NCBI RefSeq assembly: GCF_006345805.1
Contig: NW_021825245.1
Span: forward strand, 1 to 16,186
Length of the DNA: 16,186 bases
Reading direction: 5' to 3'
From: Octopus sinensis
Lineage: Eukaryota
Within the stretch, counting starts at the first letter, position 1, and the number at the start of each line of letters is the position of its first letter. A program made the position numbers and the translations under genes. Below, in pieces: positions 1 through 9,039 of the stretch. The notes below the pieces were generated by a model, which saw only the letters and a list, made by a program, of their open reading frames with translations, was not told where the DNA came from and made no database searches.

Positions 1-244
1 ATAATAATAATAATGCAGTGTTAGTATATAGGTTCTTTGACAAACAACCTTTAAGTAGTAAAATTCATAGCCATTGAAGTTCCTAATTTGTTTCATAACC
101 AGAGTTATTAAGATTATGGATTGAAATTTAGGCGGATAGATGGAAAGACAAATGTATAGAAAAATAAATATATAGAAGAAATTTATATAATATGCACGCG
201 TGTATGTATGAATGTATATTATATGTATGGATGTAGGTATATTA

Positions 245-599
245 TACTCTTCTACTTGTTTCAGTCATTTGACTGCGGCCATGCTGGAGCACCTCCTTTA
301 CTCGAGCAAATCGACCCCAAGACTTATTCTTTGGAAGCCTAGTATTTATTCTATCGGTTTCTTTTGCCGAACCGCTAAGTTACGGGGACGTAAACACACC
401 AGTATCGGTTGTCAAGCGATGTTGGTGGGAACAAACACAGACACAAACACACACACACACACACATACACACATATACATATACATATATACGACGGGCT
501 TCTTTAGTTTCCGTCTACCAAATCTACTCACAAGGCTTTGGTCGACCTGAGGCTATAGTAGAAGACACTTGCCCAAGGTGCCATGCAGTGGGACTGGAC
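245..599 (-). mobile_element. SINE with internal (TG/TA)n tract, tRNA-like head missing
   Basis: Minus strand reads gtccagtcccactgcatggcaccttgggcaagtgtcttctactatagcctc...gaccaaagccttgtg...(TA/TG)n...ggggtcgatttgctcga...ggaggtgctccagcatggccgcagtcaaatgactgaaacaag. The body aligns with the head-bearing copy at 8130-8251 (shared gggcaa and gaccaaagccttgtg). Recognised as an abundant octopus-type SINE from memory, not from a search. Confidence 0.75.
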
Positions 600-687
600 G
601 GAATTTATAGAAAAACAAAAGACGAAGACAGGTGTATGAACAACAAGCAAGTGTACTAGTTTGATGCTCGAGAAATGAATATTATGT

Positions 688-694
<7 letters not shown>

Positions 695-738
<44 letters not shown>
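695..738. repeat. (TA)n microsatellite
   Basis: Perfect TA dinucleotide run. Confidence 0.95.
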
Positions 739-741
<3 letters not shown>

Positions 742-1072
742 GGGGTTTATTGGTACACATGAGTGTATATATAATAAAACAATTTTAACGATGAGACAAA
801 ACTGGATAAAATTGTGAATGGTAGCACGTAGAATTTCCAATTTCTTTTTAACTAAATATGCTACACAATAATATTTATAGCTTTGTCTGCTTCGAATTCC
901 ACCATTAAAAGCGATTTATTTAATTCTCATATATCTCACATGCACACACATACACAGACACACACAAACACCCCTCCCATCCCCACACATATACATATAT
1001 TGATTACATGTGTGTGTGTGTCTCTGTCTGTATGTGTGTGTATGTATGTATGTATGTATATATATATATATA

Positions 1073-2148
1073 CTAGCAGTATCGCCCGGCGTTGCTCGGG
1101 TTTGTTTCGACCCGCTGGAATTGTAATTTTGAAAAGTAAAAATTTTGTGAACATTTTTCTGGTCGAAATACACCGAAAAGTGGCGACACGGCAGTGAAAA
1201 AATCGTAAAAAATAGGGATTTTCATAGAAAAAAGCATCTTTTTGATGTAAATAATTTTTGGTGTTAACATGGTCCGATTTGAATTTTATGTTCTACGGAA
1301 GGAAGAGCAACCCTTCTTCTACCATACTCTCAATTTGGTCAACTTGCGCCGCAGGGTCTCGGAGGAGATAGTGTTAGTTGAAGGTTACCATTCTAGGTGC
1401 CTGAGTAACAACCTCGGATTTACAGAAAATGAATTAATTACTATTTTACAGAATAAATTAAATAATTCTTGAAAATTAATTAATATTAATTTTTTTGAAC
1501 AAAGTAAATAATTTTTAAAACTTAAATAATAATTTTTTTTACACAAACGCGAACGGGGAAAAGGGGTGGCGAATTCGATTTACATACCTAAATTTTTTCT
1601 TTTTCATGACATTGTAGCAAATAGTATGAATTATATAAATACCAGCAGTACATTTTTTTTTCTGGGGTATTTTTTTTCAACCTCGTCACATATTTGCCCC
1701 TTTCAATTTAAACAAAGTCTTAATTAAGCAATTACGGCAGCTTAGCAATGGTTTCAATACAGGCGTGACATCTGTATCTCAATTGTTCAAAACCCTTCGA
1801 ATTTTTCGCACGTGATGATATCATAGTGAAAACTTTCAATTACGCGCGCTTAGAAGTACGCTCGCAAATTAATACTACCAAAATTTTGAAGTTCGCGCTC
1901 CGCTGTGTGTGTGTGTGTGTGCGTGCTTTAGGTGTACGTAGGTATGTGGTTTTTGTGTGTGTGTGTCACTGAAGCCATACATACATATATACATACATAA
2001 CCTCTCTCTCTCTTTTGTCTCTCAGTCACTCACTACAAAAAGTGAATAAAAAAAGTTCAGTTATTTCTGTCTTTCACTCTGTCTGTCTCTTTACACACAC
2101 TAACAAAAGCACTTCACTTACACACCACCTTTCTTGTCGCACAACCCT

Positions 2149-2203
<55 letters not shown>

Positions 2204-2752
2204 CACGCACGCACACACATGTACATCAATGCTTTCGGAGTGAAATGTTAAAATATTGAGTTTTCTCGAATTTTGTCTAATTCGGGTGAAATTGAAAGAA
2301 ATATATTATGGCATGACCGAATGGAGTACTTTGAAAAATCTCAGGTAAACTCTAATTGAAGAAATTGTGTGAGGAGTAAATCGTTATGTATTTATTTGTT
2401 TCTGTTTGCTGTGTTTTTTTATTTTTTGAAGTAGTGGTTTAAATACTTTCAGTTTAGTCTTCCTCAAATCACTCTGTCGCTATTTACTTTCATTTTATTC
2501 GTTGCACACTGTGTGTGTGCGTGTGCGTGTGGTGTAAACCACATTAAGAAAAGCATTTGACATACACACCAGAATGTGAGTTTTCTCTGTAAATTTTGCT
2601 TAATTGGAGTTTAAATTTTAAAAACTGGACCTGGCATGACCGATGCATTCTACTCTTAAAAATGCTAGGTAAATTGTAATTGAAGAAATCCTATATTGTA
2701 GATTTCTATAAGTTACAAAGGGAGGCAGATAAAATCTGCCTTTTATAATAGA
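1073..2752 (-). mobile_element. Non-autonomous Helitron (~1.68 kb) with canonical termini
   Basis: On the minus strand the element begins A|TC (TC at 2752-2751) and ends CTAG|T (1076-1073). A GC-rich hairpin CCCG(A)GC-AAC-GCCGGG (1085-1100) lies 8 nt before the CTAG. Inserted between A and T in TA-rich microsatellite with no TSD. All are established Helitron hallmarks. No Rep/helicase coding seen. Confidence 0.85.
2153..2200. repeat. (CA)n microsatellite inside the Helitron
   Basis: Perfect CA run. Confidence 0.95.
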
Positions 2753-2754
2753 TA

Positions 2755-2756
<2 letters not shown>

Positions 2757-2810
<54 letters not shown>
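2757..2810. repeat. (TA)n microsatellite flanking the Helitron 5' end
   Basis: Perfect TA run adjoining the insertion site. Confidence 0.95.
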
Positions 2811-2813
<3 letters not shown>

Positions 2814-2823
2814 CAGAATTTTA

Positions 2824-2936
2824 TTTCGCAATTATTTATAGCAGCGCTTGGAAACGGATGCAGAAACGGCCGTAAGACTTGTTACGTCACCTATTTGTTA
2901 TGTCATTCGTTGTATATCAAAAAATAAGCTATAAAT
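2824..2936 (+). promoter_or_regulatory. Candidate IL-17 core promoter: C/EBP-like TTTCGCAAT (2824-2832), CRE-like TTACGTCA (2882-2889), TATAAAT (2930-2936)
   Basis: Motifs are read directly. Their order and spacing fit an inducible TATA promoter ~700 bp upstream of the IL-17 ATG. Short motifs in AT-rich DNA can be chance. Confidence 0.3.
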
Positions 2937-3154
2937 GTGGTCCAATCGATGTGTTTCTTAATCTGAGGCTTTCTCTATTTTCTGATTATTTGTATTTGGT
3001 TCCTGATACAGCCTTATTTATGGTGTTGCTACCTGCCTTCTACGAGCAGAGTGCGCCTGCACACCAATGAACGGGGATAGCACGGGTAACGGATACCGAT
3101 AGTACATATGGATATTTTATCCCTTCATCGGTTATTGCAACCGCTAACTGTTAC

Positions 3155-3340
3155 ACTATATATAATATATATATATATAATATATATATATATATCTATA
3201 TATAATATATATATATATATATTCATATATACATATGTATATATATATATATAGATATATAATAATACATACATAATATATATATATATATATATATATA
3301 ATATAATATATATATATCTTTTTACTAATATATATGTATG
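3155..3340. repeat. Imperfect (TA)n/TAA low-complexity tract, probably intronic
   Basis: Interrupted TA runs. Confidence 0.9.
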
Positions 3341-3611
3341 TTATGTATGTATGTTGTATTATGTATGTTTATGTTGTATCGTGCGCTCACTTCTAACAAT
3401 GCTCATTCTTACAAAGATGATATTAATCTTCATTTAAATCTATATTTCTCGTACAGAAACATCGTCACTCAAAATTCATATCTATACATATGTAACATCT
3501 CACCTTTCACTTTTGACAGCCTACACTATAACCTTTCGCCTTTGACAGTCTAACTTCTCAACTTTCTGTCTTTTTTTTTTTTTTTTTCAAAATTATTTCT
3601 CTAGAATTCAA

Positions 3612-3641
3612 CTAATAATTTTTTTTTCTTCTTTCTTGCAG
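3612..3641 (+). other. 3' splice acceptor directly abutting the IL-17 ATG
   Basis: Branch-like CTAAT at 3612-3616, pyrimidine tract ttttttttcttctttctt, then GCAG ending at 3641, followed at once by ATG at 3642. Confidence 0.75.
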
Positions 3642-4049
3642 ATGTATTGCCTTCTTTTCGGTGTTGTTGCTATGATGTGTCTATTAGACTTCTCAGCGGC
3701 ACAAAGAAATATAACCAGTTTCTACACAAGGAGTAAGCTTAACATCACTGAAGACATAGACGTATGTGATAATGATGTAATTCACAGATCTGTGTGTAAT
3801 ACATCGTGTAAGGTAAACTTCGACAGCAATCGTTTCCCACAGAGAATCGCTGAATACACGTGTATCTCACGTCCTTCAACTGAGCTTAACTCATGTTCAT
3901 TCCCAACATCTCATAAATATGGCTGCGAACAGGTGAAGTCGGTCATGACAGTGTTTCGGGCCCACAATTGCAATAATGTGATTGAATACAAAGCTGAAAA
4001 TTTTAAATATAATTCAAGCTGTATTTGCGAAGACCTTACAAAGAGTTAA
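3642..4049 (+). CDS. IL17: Interleukin-17-like secreted cystine-knot cytokine, 135 aa, whole CDS in one exon
   Basis: Hydrophobic N-terminus MYCLLFGVVAMMCLLDFSAA (signal-peptide-like). IL-17 motifs in the correct order: RSVC (cf. RSxC/SPW), DSNRFPQRIAEYTC (cf. DxNRYPxxIxEAxC), CEQVKSVMTVFR (cf. CxxVxxxIxVLR), C-terminal SSCIC (cf. GCTC). Four N-glycosylation sequons. Family-level call only, not an ortholog assignment. The ORF-track start at 3636 (TTG) is part of the acceptor. IL-17-like expansion in octopus is established knowledge. Confidence 0.85.
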   Translation: MYCLLFGVVAMMCLLDFSAAQRNITSFYTRSKLNITEDIDVCDNDVIHRSVCNTSCKVNFDSNRFPQRIAEYTCISRPSTELNSCSFPTSHKYGCEQVKSVMTVFRAHNCNNVIEYKAENFKYNSSCICEDLTKS

Positions 4050-4136
4050 AGCGCATGCTTTCTGGACAATTGCCTATATTACCTGTGCCATGTCTGTTGA
4101 CCTAATGAGAAGCTGATGGTACCATTTGCTTACTTA

Positions 4137-4138
<2 letters not shown>

Positions 4139-4212
<74 letters not shown>
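4139..4212. repeat. (TTA)n microsatellite, ~24 units, in the IL-17 3' UTR region
   Basis: Perfect TTA run starting ~90 nt after the stop codon. Confidence 0.95.
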
Positions 4213-4339
4213 TGATAAAAACTCTTATTTTTGCTGGGATGATTGATGGAAAGTGTCAGCTGCTTACAGCCTACTCTTGCATATCATTTTTAACAACAAA
4301 ATCTTACATCGACCCACGAGGGTCATGTGGACCCCAGAG

Positions 4340-4544
4340 GTCGGTATAAGGTCAGTAACCTCGGAGAAAGGGTCAAGTTGATTACATCGATCCCAGTGTT
4401 CAACTGGCACTTATTTTATCGAGCCCCAAAGAATGGAATGCAAAGTCGACCCTGGCGGAATTTGAACTCAGAACGTAAAGACGGACGAAATGCTACTAAG
4501 CATTTTGCCGAGCGTGATAATGATTCTGCCAACTGGCCGTCTTA
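4340..4544 (-). mobile_element. tRNA-derived SINE, copy A
   Basis: Minus strand has an A-box-like TTGGCAGAATCATTA and B-box-like GAGTTCAAATTCC, then gggtcgactttgc...gctcgataaaataagtgccag. Homologous to copy B at 4595-4813. Confidence 0.8.
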
Positions 4545-4594
4545 GAGCTCCTGGGCCCATTCTTTATATTAGAAATCATTATTACGTTATCATA

Positions 4595-4813
4595 AAGCAG
4601 CGAGCTGGCAGAGTCGTTAGCACGCCGGTCAGTCTGTAAGGCGGTATTTCGTTCGTCTTTACGTTGGGTGTTCAAAATCTGCCGTGGTTGATTTCGCTTT
4701 TCCTCTTTTCGGGGTCGATGAAATAAATACCAATCAAGTATTTGGGTCGATGTAGTCGACTAACTTCTTCCTTCAAAAGTTCAGGCCTTATGCTTAGCAT
4801 AGAAAGGATCATT
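4595..4813 (+). mobile_element. tRNA-derived SINE, copy B (same family as 4340-4544, opposite orientation)
   Basis: CTGGCAGAGTCGTTAG (A-box-like), GTGTTCAAAATC (B-box-like), ggggtcgatgaaataaatacca, and the shared core atttcgt.cgtctttacgtt. Confidence 0.8.
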
Positions 4814-5187
4814 AGATTATCATAATAAATACACGTGGGCGTGGCTACATAGACATTTTGTAATAATACGGTTGTGACTGGCGGCAAGAACTGGGTCAAA
4901 GCACTTTGTGTCAGGGGTAAATCCGGGTTCGTGTGTTGGTCACCCAAACTACCCAAGGTACCCAATGTGAGTGCCCTCCATTGTAATCACTAAGAGGGTC
5001 TCATCTTGTCATTGTATGGCTCTTGTTGCTATTTATTGTTGATCATCTATGAATGTATTTGATGTTTTATCCATCACATTGTCTGACGCGGTGTAAATAC
5101 ATCCTCAGTTTTATATTTATTTAATTTATTTTGACTTCGTAGTGGCCTGCAAAAGAAACCATTAAATTATAAATTCTTTCATATATC

Positions 5188-5445
5188 TCAGCTCTTCAAT
5201 ATCCTCCCGAAGGACCTGAGAGACCTGCATGTCATGGATGCAGATGTCTTTAAAATAAAACTGGATCTCTTCCTGCCAGGTGTTCCAGATGAACCAACTT
5301 CACGGCAGGAGGTGCAGATGAGGGCAGCTGCACTGAACTCTCTCATGCACCAAATGGCAATTGCTAAAAAGCATTCGTGAAGTAAAATCATGTAGCAACA
5401 CCAAATGGCGGTGCCCCAGCTCGTGTGCTGAAACTAGATAAAAAA
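5188..5445 (+). mobile_element. 3' fragment of a CR1-group LINE (end of ORF2 plus 3' UTR)
   Basis: 5189-5380 translates QLFNILPKDLRDLHVMDADVFKIKLDLFLPGVPDEPTSRQEVQMRAAALNSLMHQMAIAKKHS*. This matches the LFNxLP...FKxxLDxxL C-terminal signature of CR1/L2-group ORF2. A short 3' UTR ends in an A-rich tail. Confidence 0.7.
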
Positions 5446-5737
5446 TATTAATAATTTATATTAGAATAACTTATAAAATATTTTATTATAATTTGTTGAG
5501 ACTACTGAAGTACAGCCCTGATGAAATACTCATGCCAGTCATGATCTCGGTTCGTTCTATGAACCTACGAAACTAAATTGTATGGAGCTGAGCTAAACTG
5601 TTAGTATATATACATATATATGTGTGTGTGTGTGTGTTGTATGTATGTATATATGCATGTATTTTTAATTTGTTTGACTGTTTCACTGTATACACTCCCT
5701 AATACAACTGCTAGTATGTTTTCTTGTTTGGGGCTCA

Positions 5738-6040
5738 GGTGAACCCTTATCGAGCAGAACTGTAATCAAAGCCACTCCAGCCGTGACCAGTCCATAGAGG
5801 AGTACGTCTAGAACTACAATACCCAACGTGTCCTTTTCTACTTATTTGAGGAATATTTGGCTACCATTTCTCGCAGATTAAGTGACTTCAAATGACACCC
5901 TCATGACATCAGAACAAAAAATAGGAAAGAATAACACATTGGCTATTGCAGTCAGATATATATATAACACTTGAAAACAATATGAGGTGGTCATGGCTGG
6001 AATACATTTGATTATCATAATTAATTAATCAGGGCTCACC
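5738..6040. repeat. Degenerate ~50-bp inverted repeat pair (5738-5788 / 5989-6040), MITE-like or two opposed repeat fragments
   Basis: Reverse complement of the left arm, ggtcacggctggagtggctttgatta...ataagggttcacc, aligns with the right arm ggtcatggctggaatacatttgatta...atcagggctcacc. No TSD identified. Confidence 0.5.
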
Positions 6041-6352
6041 AACAAACTTAAGTACGCCGAATATGACGGTGACATGTGTTGGCTGTGTAAAGTGCTATTT
6101 ATTTATGTATTTATTGTAATGTTCAAATTATTTCCTGTTATCATCATTTGTAATAAACCATTGTTATAACTTTCAATCTCGTTCAATGTCTTTCATTTCT
6201 GCATGAGCGTTTACGAATACATCGATAAAAGAAATATAACGAAAACTAAGATACTATTTACAAACTTTTTAGGTTAACATGTCCAAAGAAAAGTGATAGT
6301 AAATTGTCAGAGAAAGCAGAAGTGACGACTGCGAAATTCCATGGTTTCATTA

Positions 6353-6612
6353 TCTATTATATGAAATCCGTTCTGCCTGTCTGTGTGTGTGTTTTCTAGA
6401 ATCTCGGGCATCCTCCACCCGATTGCGCTCAAATTTGATATGTAGATACCGACGGTATCAGGGCGTGTATAAGTCTTGAAAAAATTACAAAAATCGATTC
6501 CAGGTGAGAATGCGATCGATAAAGCCGTGAGAGCATGCATTTGTACGCACAAGTACATCAGCTGTTGCGATCGATACTACGCGTACGTGAGAAAAATGCA
6601 CGGTGTCTCAAA
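6353..6612 (+). mobile_element. Helitron-like non-autonomous 5' fragment
   Basis: Starts A|TCTATTATA, the same start as the Helitron at 2752. Followed by a CTGT/GTGT tract and ccgattgcgctcaaatttg, a motif typical of non-autonomous Helitron families. No CTAG 3' end found. Confidence 0.45.
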
Positions 6613-6736
6613 TTTAGGTTAAATCAGTGTTTCTCAAAGGGGAGGCATATGGGACGGTCGGACAAGTTTTGAGAAAATTTGGTTTAAATGTTTGACAACT
6701 CAGCACCGTCCATTGAACGGGGGGCGTTTTGCTCGT

Positions 6737-7270
6737 CTGTATATAAGAAAACACAGGTTGTGTATCTGTCTGTGTGTTTGTTATGTTAAAACTCGAGATC
6801 CACCCAACAAATCTTAATGAAATTTTACTCATGCATTAAATAGGATCCATGGAGTGTTATAGGCTAAAACAATTTTCCTCTTCTTTCCTAATGCGGGCCC
6901 AGGGACAAATAAACCGCATTTTAAAAGTATTTTCGCAGCGTTAAGGTCCGTAACTTGAAGAGTATCCAGTCGCTTTCCTCCAAATTTGCAACATATATTA
7001 ATCAAGCTTTCTCGAATTGCTGTTGACTAAAAAAATTTTCGACGTCGACTATGGGCCTCACAAAATGCAGATTAATCAGATTTGAGTATACTGCACTGGG
7101 TTTTCGGTCATATTCCGACGATAAAATATTGACACTACTTACGCATTATAAGTAGCGTATGAAAACTTTTTTGTTCAATTTAGCAAAGGAAATGAGAAGA
7201 ACATTAAAATTTTTGTCGGCTCCCTGTTGATGCTTCATGTTACCATCTCGCGCACCACCGGGCCCTGTGC
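6737..7270 (+). mobile_element. Degenerate Helitron-like element
   Basis: TCTGTATATAAG start, gtctgtgtg tract, caaatcttaatgaaatttt motif. The 3' end ctcgcgcaccaccgggccctgtgc resembles the 3' hairpin cccgagcaacgccggg of the 1073-2752 element, but the terminal CTAG is absent. Confidence 0.4.
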
Positions 7271-7502
7271 GTGTGTGTGCGGTTGAGTAAAAGCACAACA
7301 AACTCATTCATCTATTCTCTAGAAATGTCCTGTTAATGTTCACGTTTCCAATCCTGCGCAACGAAGTATGGCCCGACAGCATGTCTGTTTTCTATGTCAT
7401 CCATGTTTGAACTATATAATGGAAAATGTTCATAAAAAAACTGCTGTTGTGACTCACAGCCATTTGAGCTTGACCGCGTGACCACTTCCGGACATGTAGA
7501 TG

Positions 7503-7993
7503 GAGGGTGTCCCAGAATTAATGATGATTTAAGTTAAATCGGATGCATTTTTTAAAACTCACAATTACTTATGTTTATCATGTTTAATATGTATCTAAAA
7601 TGTATAAATTTTGAATTTTGTTAATAATTTTATTTTCACTCCTGTTGGACCCCTCTTATTTGTCCATGACTGATTTGTTTTCAATTTGGCAGCAATCATT
7701 TTCTTTACCTCCATCCCCAAGATGGAGCAATCGTTTAGCTGAGCTTAAAGAACACATTCAGTTATTAGTACAGGAGTTAACTCCTGAAATGCTTCTGAAT
7801 ATGTTCCACAACGCTAAGGAAGGATTTGAAATATGCAAGGAAGGACACAGACATGTTGAAAATTTTCAATAAAAGTTTGACGTTAGATTTATAAATCTAT
7901 TTGTTTTGGTAATAAACATAAAATTCTGTCAGCTTTTTTTTTTCCAATTTGCTCAATTTCATTGACACAGATAGTTAATTCTGGAACACCCTG
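7503..7993 (+). mobile_element. Internally deleted Tc1/mariner-superfamily DNA transposon (~490 bp)
   Basis: 19-bp TIRs gagggtgtcccagaattaa (7503-7521) and ttaattctggaacaccctg (7975-7993), 17/19 match. TA on the right, TG on the left (mutated TSD). Internal remnant LAELKEHIQLLVQELTPEMLLNMFHNAKEGFEICKEGHRHVE resembles the C-terminus of Tc1/mariner transposases. Confidence 0.8.
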
Positions 7994-8129
7994 TATGGCT
8001 TAGCGTTGTCAGTTGTTGCGTTGCTCAAGTAAATATTAAAATGAAAGACCTTCTCGCCGTAAACATCCCATCTTTTTGTTAAGCATATTGTATCAAGGAG
8101 TATATTATCCAAAATGTATCTATCATTTA

Positions 8130-8251
8130 TAGGCGTGGCTGTGTGGTCGAGAAGCTTGCTTTTCAACCATGTCACCTTGGGTTCAGTCCTACTATGCAGC
8201 ACATTGGGCAATTCTCTTTCATTACAGCTCTGTGCTGACCAAAGCCTTGTG
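8130..8251 (+). mobile_element. tRNA-like head of the SINE family seen at 245-599, 3'-truncated
   Basis: A-box-like TGGCTGTGTGG and B-box-like GGTTCAGTCC, followed by gggcaa...ctgaccaaagccttgtg. Confidence 0.65.
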
Positions 8252-9039
8252 TATTATTTAATTACCAATACTATATTGAAATATAAAATAACACATACAA
8301 TTCACTTATTATTGTCATATAATAAACAAACAGAAGTTCGTGTATGAAATTGATATCTTTTCTACTTCAATTATTTTACGTTTTCTTCTTATAAAATACA
8401 CACATACAGGGGGAGTAAATCTCTATATATAATAACACTTTGAATGTAGCTCCAAAGAAAGAATAAAAGTAATTACCCGGTCAACGACGGATATCATTGC
8501 TTGTATTTATATATTATGAAAACGATGCATAGAACGTACGCATATATTCCGCCACATATATTCACATACAGATACGATGTTAATATAGAATCACATGTTA
8601 ATATAGAATCACATGTTCTGAAGAGTCACCTTAGTTTTTCTTCTTGGTGTACACCACCTGCTTTTCGAAAGTCTGTGTATCGATGCTCTCATCGTTGAAT
8701 CAACAAAATTTAAAGAATCGTTCACAACTTCTCAACTACGTATGTGGCCTAAACGAACAAACTCACCTGTCGTATATCAAATACGTCCTTAGTAATACCT
8801 CAATTGCATTATAATGAGTTAGCGTGTTTTGCGTGTACGATCGAGGATCTTTACCAGGCAGCATTTCCCCGCACCTCTTTATACTGCATCAAACAACCAA
8901 TTCCCTTTATTCCACATACCCTGGTAATATTTTCAATGTCTGTATTTATGAAAGCTATTTACATTCGCCTTTTTACGATACTAAACTACCTATTGACCCC
9001 TTTTAGATCTACTCATAGTAAACCTCTGTAGTGACGCTA

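Noticed and set aside
600-680. Short segment resembling a common repeat (aaaacaaaagacgaagacaggtgtatgaacaac)
   Set aside because: Too short to classify. No termini, TSD or second copy in the window.
212-1197. ORFs of 65-112 aa with THTH/YIYI/CVCV runs
   Set aside because: Translations of (CA)n/(TA)n tracts and SINE sequence. No coding signal.
1269-1472. 67-aa ORF inside the Helitron as a possible captured gene fragment
   Set aside because: No recognisable motif or splice boundaries. Its length is within chance expectation.
3457-3491. Possible micro-exon upstream of IL-17 (tacAG at 3456, GTAACA at 3492)
   Set aside because: Weak donor, a short pyrimidine tract, and no supporting frame.
4116-4349. 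Poly-Tyr ORF
   Set aside because: Translation of (TAT)n.
4595-4690. tRNA gene calls for the A/B-box segments here and at 4450-4544, 8130-8200 and 15530-15610
   Set aside because: No complete cloverleaf or acceptor stem, and each continues into a SINE body.
6625-6680. hAT/Charlie-like terminus CAGTGTTTCTCAAA as a complete MITE
   Set aside because: Only a 9-bp partial inverse (TTTGAGAAA) follows, with no matching CACTG end or 8-bp TSD.
8577-8617. 18-bp tandem duplication ATGTTAATATAGAATCAC x2.3
   Set aside because: Real but only two units with no spacers: ordinary slippage, not CRISPR-like.
8500-9030. Search for a second IL-17 paralog or pseudogene among the short ORFs in unique sequence
   Set aside because: None shows the RYP/RFP...C or CxC pattern or a signal peptide.
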